Source of the DNA: Brumimicrobium sp.
GTDB lineage: Bacteria; Bacteroidota; Bacteroidia; Flavobacteriales_D; Crocinitomicaceae
Assembly: GCA_033722555.1 (NCBI GenBank)
Contig: JAWVYS010000005.1
Span: 30,724-94,723 of the forward strand
DNA length: 64,000 bases
Direction of reading: 5' to 3'
A program made the translations under genes and the position numbers. The notes beneath the pieces were generated by a model. It had not been told where the DNA came from and did no database searches. It was given only the letters and a program-made list of their open reading frames with translations. This document shows positions 59,492-64,000 of this stretch, one piece after another. Position 1 is the first letter of the stretch, and each line of letters starts with the position of its first letter.

Positions 59492-60519
59492 TCTTTCCAG
59501 TGTACGACAATTTTACCCGTTGACTTTCCTGATTCAAGGAAAGCGTGTGCGTCGCTGATTTTATCAGCAGGGTATTCAGCCCCCACCTGAGGATTAAGAT
59601 CTCCTTTCAACGCGAGTTTCACAACTTCCTCCAGACAGTATTGCAGGGTGCGCGGTTTATAATCCGCTATTTTCAGCATATTGATTCCAATGATGCTTTT
59701 CGAACGCATCATGAGTGTTATTGGAATAATGATCCCCATTTTTCGTACAAAATTAAGGGTGGAAAGAATGCCCCATTTTTTGTCAGATCTTTCGCTTCCG
59801 CCAAATAAAACAATGGTACCTCCGTTTCCGAGAAGGCGCCAGTCTTTTTTAAATGTGGAACCAGCTACCGGATTGAAAGAAACATCCAGGCGCTCTTTGC
59901 CGAGTAACCGTTTAAGTTCTGCGGTATAATCCTGTTTATTGTAATTAATTATATGATCTACACCTTGATCCTTCAGGTAATCCGTCTTTTTATCACTCCC
60001 TGTTTTGGCATATAATACAGCACCTTTTTTTCTGAGTAACTGAATGAGAGCCGTTCCAACTCCCCCGGCAGCGGAATGAATAAGCACATGATCCCCTTGC
60101 TGCACTGTGGTGGCCACATGACTCATGAAAAAAGCAGTAACGTACTGTGTTGCAAGACACAATGCTTTTCCCCCGTCATAATCTCCAATTTCAACAGCCG
60201 CGTAATATTTGGTATTCACGTGTTTGCTATAGCCTCCGAATCGTGTAAATGCAACTACACGTTTATTCAGGTATTGCAAAGGCACTTCCTTTCCTATTTC
60301 CGAAACCCTCCCTACGACTTCATAACCGATGACCGCCGGTAATGGGGGAGCCTCGCGGTAAAGGCCGTTACGTGCCATGACATCCGCATAATTGAGTCCG
60401 AAGCTTTCAACCTCTATCCGAATCTCGTCCTGTTGCAGATCCTCAAGTTCTATTTCAGAGTGTGAAAAAGCTTCTTTAGGATCACCGTGTTTTACAAGTT
60501 TTATGGCTGTTGTTTTCAT
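59488..60519 (-). CDS. Zinc-independent MDR quinone oxidoreductase (VAT-1-like)
   Basis: GLNYADVMAR.GLY, IHSAAGGVG, STGKIVV. Confidence 0.9.
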   Translation of the reverse strand: MKTTAIKLVKHGDPKEAFSHSEIELEDLQQDEIRIEVESFGLNYADVMARNGLYREAPPLPAVIGYEVVGRVSEIGKEVPLQYLNKRVVAFTRFGGYSKHVNTKYYAAVEIGDYDGGKALCLATQYVTAFFMSHVATTVQQGDHVLIHSAAGGVGTALIQLLRKKGAVLYAKTGSDKKTDYLKDQGVDHIINYNKQDYTAELKRLLGKERLDVSFNPVAGSTFKKDWRLLGNGGTIVLFGGSERSDKKWGILSTLNFVRKMGIIIPITLMMRSKSIIGINMLKIADYKPRTLQYCLEEVVKLALKGDLNPQVGAEYPADKISDAHAFLESGKSTGKIVVHWKD

Positions 60520-60561
60520 AATGTATTCATTCCTGCTTCATCCGGAAAGACCGGACAATAG

Positions 60562-61233
60562 TTATTTTTTTGCACCGATCAACAATACGATTTCTCCCTT
60601 TGGCGGATTTTTTTCAAAGTGACTGAGTACTTCTACTGCCGCACCGCGACGGAATTCCTCGTGTATTTTTGAAATTTCCCGGGCTACACAGACTTCCCTG
60701 TCATCACCTAAAAATTCGACGATTTCACGAAGTGCCTTTACCAGTCGATGAGGAGATTCATACAGGATAATTGTTCGTTCTTCTTCGGCAAGATTTTTCC
60801 ATTTCGTCTGACGTCCTTTTTTATGCGGAAGAAATCCCTCAAATACGAATCTGTCGGAAGGAAATCCGCTACCGACAAGTGCCGGAATGATAGCTGAAGG
60901 CCCCGGAAGAGCAACTACCGGTATATCATTTTCCAGACAAGCGCGAATGAGTAAAAACCCGGGGTCAGAAATAGACGGTGTTCCTGCATCAGAAACAATT
61001 GCCGCACTATGCGCATGTTTTATTTTATCGACTACGGAAGAAAGCGTTTTATGTTCGTTATGGATATGATGGGCAATTAGCGGTTTGCTGATTTCGTATT
61101 TATCGAGCAATTTTTTCGTAGTCCTGGTGTCTTCGGCCAGAATAAAATCCACCTCGCCGAGAATTCGGACTGCTCTTAGCGTAATATCCTCTAGATTTCC
61201 GATAGGTGTGGGAACCACATACAAAGTGCTCAT
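60562..61233 (-). CDS. rsmI: 16S rRNA (cytidine1402-2'-O)-methyltransferase
   Basis: VPTPIGNLEDIT, AEDTR, SDAGTPSISDPG, YESPHR, REISK.HEE. Confidence 0.97.
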   Translation of the reverse strand: MSTLYVVPTPIGNLEDITLRAVRILGEVDFILAEDTRTTKKLLDKYEISKPLIAHHIHNEHKTLSSVVDKIKHAHSAAIVSDAGTPSISDPGFLLIRACLENDIPVVALPGPSAIIPALVGSGFPSDRFVFEGFLPHKKGRQTKWKNLAEEERTIILYESPHRLVKALREIVEFLGDDREVCVAREISKIHEEFRRGAAVEVLSHFEKNPPKGEIVLLIGAKK

Positions 61234-61243
61234 AAAAAAGGGA

Positions 61244-62035
61244 TTATCTGGTCAAAACAATATAATCGTTTAGTACTGTTTTGAGGAATTGTAATTTCTT
61301 TTCGGGTTCAGGGATCTGAAGGTCTTCCGCGATTTTAATCGCCAGATCAATGGCCAGTTTTTTCGTTTCGGTATTTTTATATTTCTCAACACGTGAGATT
61401 GTCTTTTTAACAAGCATCATGTCTTCATCGGTATAGCGAATGATGTTCGGATATTGAGGCTCATAATTTTCATTTGTCTTAATACTCAGAACATCCCGGA
61501 TAGAGTATGCCTTATGGGGATTCTTTCGAATAACCACTGTATTTGCCATGAAATCTCCGATGCGCTGATTTTTTCCCGAGACGGAAGCGATCAGGATATC
61601 AAAAAATGCCGAAGCAACGATTAAAAGAATGCCGAAGGAAAAAATGTTCAGGATATAAAATTCCAGAGGACGGAAAAGCCAGCGGGTGAAATATTCCTTA
61701 AAACTTGCATTCTCGCCGTTTATTCTGGCAACCCGGATACCCATGGCTTTCTTGCCGATGGTTTGACCTTTGGTGAAGTACTCCATCAGTGGAGTATATA
61801 ATAAAAAAGGAAGGTAAACGATAAAAACAAAAAGCATTTCCCAGAATTCCAGAGACGAAAGATCGTCCATTCTGAAAGAAGAAATAGCAATAACAGAAAT
61901 CAAAAAGGTCATAATGATGAGGTACGCAACGATTATCAGTGTATCCAACAGAACGGCAACAATTCGCTGACCAACTGAAGCCAGTTCGACATCGATGGAT
62001 ACATTCTGATCTGTTGTTAATCGTAAGGTGTTCAT
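61244..62035 (-). CDS. RDD family membrane protein
   Basis: ASVGQRIVAVLLD, GQTIGKKAMGIRV, QRIGDFMANTVV. Confidence 0.92.
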   Translation of the reverse strand: MNTLRLTTDQNVSIDVELASVGQRIVAVLLDTLIIVAYLIIMTFLISVIAISSFRMDDLSSLEFWEMLFVFIVYLPFLLYTPLMEYFTKGQTIGKKAMGIRVARINGENASFKEYFTRWLFRPLEFYILNIFSFGILLIVASAFFDILIASVSGKNQRIGDFMANTVVIRKNPHKAYSIRDVLSIKTNENYEPQYPNIIRYTDEDMMLVKKTISRVEKYKNTETKKLAIDLAIKIAEDLQIPEPEKKLQFLKTVLNDYIVLTR

Positions 62036-62196
62036 GACGCTTTATAAGCTGTAAAAATAATCAAATAGGACGAAAGGAAGATAGGGTCACGATATTAGCG
62101 TGCAAGAGCCCACAAATTACTTAATCAAGCCCTATTCAAATTAAGGAGAGAAGAAGTTCTCTTATCCTGAAAAAAGTTATTTTTATGGGATCGATT

Positions 62197-64000
62197 ATGA
62201 AGGAGACCTCTTTTATTGAACAGAATAAGAATAAGTGGGCGAGGTTTGAACAAAACCGAAATAAATCCACTGCTGACCCGGACGAACTGGGAAGACTTTA
62301 TTCTGAAATAAACAGTGATCTGAGTTATGCTCAGACCTTTTACAAGAAAAGAACAGTCAGGGCCTACCTAAATTACCTTGCACAGGATATTCATCGCAAA
62401 CTCTATAAACAGAAAAAGGAACCTTTTTCAAAAGTCCTTCGTGCCTGGTCGGTTGACATCCCGCTGGAGATTTATCGGGCGAGAAAGAACATACTTTTTG
62501 CTTTTGTGCTATTTCTGCTCTATGCGACAATAGGTGCTTTTTCAACCCATCAGGATCCTGATTTTGCTAAAATGATTTTAGGCAGCGGTTATATCGATGT
62601 CACGGAATCCAATATTCAGGAAGGAAATCCAATGGGTATTTATGGTTCGGGTTCACAGGGTTCTATGTTCATTCGGATAACGATCAATAATATTCAGGTT
62701 GCACTGATGTGTTTTTTCGGCGGGATACTTTTTTCGCTCGGAACGCACGTAATACTTTTCAATAATGCACTGATGGTGGGTGTGTTCCAATATTTCTTTA
62801 AACTCAAAGGACTTTTGTTGACTTCTTTTCTGACCATTTGGATACATGGAGCCTTCGAAATATCCGCCATTGTTATCGCATCCGGTGCGGGTTTCACGCT
62901 GGGGCACGGTCTTTTATTTCCCGGGACATATACACGTTTTCAGGCCCTTCAGATGAGCGGAATGCGCGGGGTAAGAATCATGCTTTCTTTGATCCCTGTT
63001 TTTATTATTGCAGGATTTCTGGAGAGCTATGTAACGCGTCACTACCAAACGATGTCGGAGTGGTCAAAATGGTTTCTAATTCTCTTTTCTTTCGGAGCAG
63101 TGATTTTTTATTATGTCCTCTATCCTATATGGGTTGCGCGAAAATATCCTGAACTCGTTTATTCCCCCCCCAAGGTTTCGAGCGGAGAAAGGCAAATCTT
63201 CGATACGAATAAGATAAGAAGCAATGCCGAAATCATTAAGGACACCTTTCAATTTTATCGAATGAATTTTGGTAAAATCCGTAAAATAATTTTCAGAACA
63301 GCCGTTCCGGTAATACTTTTAATTGCCCTTTATCAGAATTATGTTCATTTCTCCGACCTCGATTCTATTTATTATATAGATTGGGCAACGCAGCTTTCGA
63401 TTTTGTTCGGGAACCCGTATTCCCAGGTTTTTAACGGCTGGTCTGATATTATGGTAAGTCTCTTGTGGATCGCACCCATCACGATGATCGCTCTGGCGGT
63501 TTATTTTGTTTTTTCCAACCCTGAAGAGAATACAACAGAAAAAATATCCTACTACAGTTATTTCAAAAAGCGTTTTTTTCCAACCATGCTCGGACTTTTG
63601 CCGATTTACCTGATCTTCATTTTTCTGCCTTTTTACTTTCAGATTCCATTTATATTTATTCTTCCCTTCTTGTTCCTTCATCCGGCAACGATGGGCATCA
63701 GTGAAGGTCATAAGAGATTTTCACAGGCTTTCAGATACGGTGCGAAACACTGGTCTGCAGGCTTAATCGTTTTAATGATTTTAAGCCTTACGGTATTTTT
63801 CTTTGCCCAGCCCTTTGGGTTTGTCATCTCCTACCTTGATTATCGCGGAAATCCGGAGATACCGGATATTCTCGATTGGTTTACCGATTTCGTGCAGGGA
63901 GTTCTCGTAGACCACACCTCCTACTCCATGGAGATCATTAATTTAATTAGGCAACTGGTGTATGTGCTGTTTTTTCTGCTCGTACTGCCTTTGTTTTTTA
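62197..64000 (+). CDS. SpoIIM-family membrane protein with long C-terminal membrane extension (partial; runs off window end)
   Basis: Manual translation: MKETSFIEQNKNKW...DLSYAQTFY...YLNYL, NNIQV, IHGAFEISAIVIA.GAG, LESYVT. The frame stays open for about 600 codons. Confidence 0.88.
   Translation, partial: MKETSFIEQNKNKWARFEQNRNKSTADPDELGRLYSEINSDLSYAQTFYKKRTVRAYLNYLAQDIHRKLYKQKKEPFSKVLRAWSVDIPLEIYRARKNILFAFVLFLLYATIGAFSTHQDPDFAKMILGSGYIDVTESNIQEGNPMGIYGSGSQGSMFIRITINNIQVALMCFFGGILFSLGTHVILFNNALMVGVFQYFFKLKGLLLTSFLTIWIHGAFEISAIVIASGAGFTLGHGLLFPGTYTRFQALQMSGMRGVRIMLSLIPVFIIAGFLESYVTRHYQTMSEWSKWFLILFSFGAVIFYYVLYPIWVARKYPELVYSPPKVSSGERQIFDTNKIRSNAEIIKDTFQFYRMNFGKIRKIIFRTAVPVILLIALYQNYVHFSDLDSIYYIDWATQLSILFGNPYSQVFNGWSDIMVSLLWIAPITMIALAVYFVFSNPEENTTEKISYYSYFKKRFFPTMLGLLPIYLIFIFLPFYFQIPFIFILPFLFLHPATMGISEGHKRFSQAFRYGAKHWSAGLIVLMILSLTVFFFAQPFGFVISYLDYRGNPEIPDILDWFTDFVQGVLVDHTSYSMEIINLIRQLVYVLFFLLVLPLFF

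Noticed and set aside
62197-64000. Sporulation function implied by the SpoIIM name
   Set aside because: The family is widespread in non-sporulating bacteria, and no other sporulation genes are present.

Overview
A 64-kb stretch of a Bacteroidota chromosome, probably Flavobacteriales-like. This is inferred from TAnnTTTG '-7' promoters, T9SS C-terminal sorting domains and a metH split into two genes. Most of the window is housekeeping or metabolic: metG, fbp, pdxA, lepA, mgtE, rsmA, split metH under a SAM-I riboswitch, cysS, hmgA-hppD and rsmI, interspersed with secreted and outer-membrane proteins. I saw no tRNA, rRNA, IS element, prophage or CRISPR array. Two candidate novel systems stand out. 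The first is a tandem array of three paralogous ~65-nt putative small RNAs (8703-9078). They share an invariant 26-nt 5' segment antisense to an ATGAAA-type start region and a hairpin whose stem co-varies around a conserved ACGCC. The second is a cassette (44924-51117) that couples a ThiF/Rv1355c-type adenylyltransferase lacking its nitroreductase domain and a GNAT/LuxI-like protein to a 7TM-DISM kinase, a hybrid kinase and stand-alone receivers. It may be a make-and-sense (autoinducer-like) circuit. Also noted: a candidate stand-alone sRNA before pdxA, a shared ECF-type promoter motif on two secreted genes, a secreted WD40-caspase operon, and a PLP decarboxylase frameshifted at a homopolymer run. 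All family calls come from motif recognition by eye; no database searches were run.
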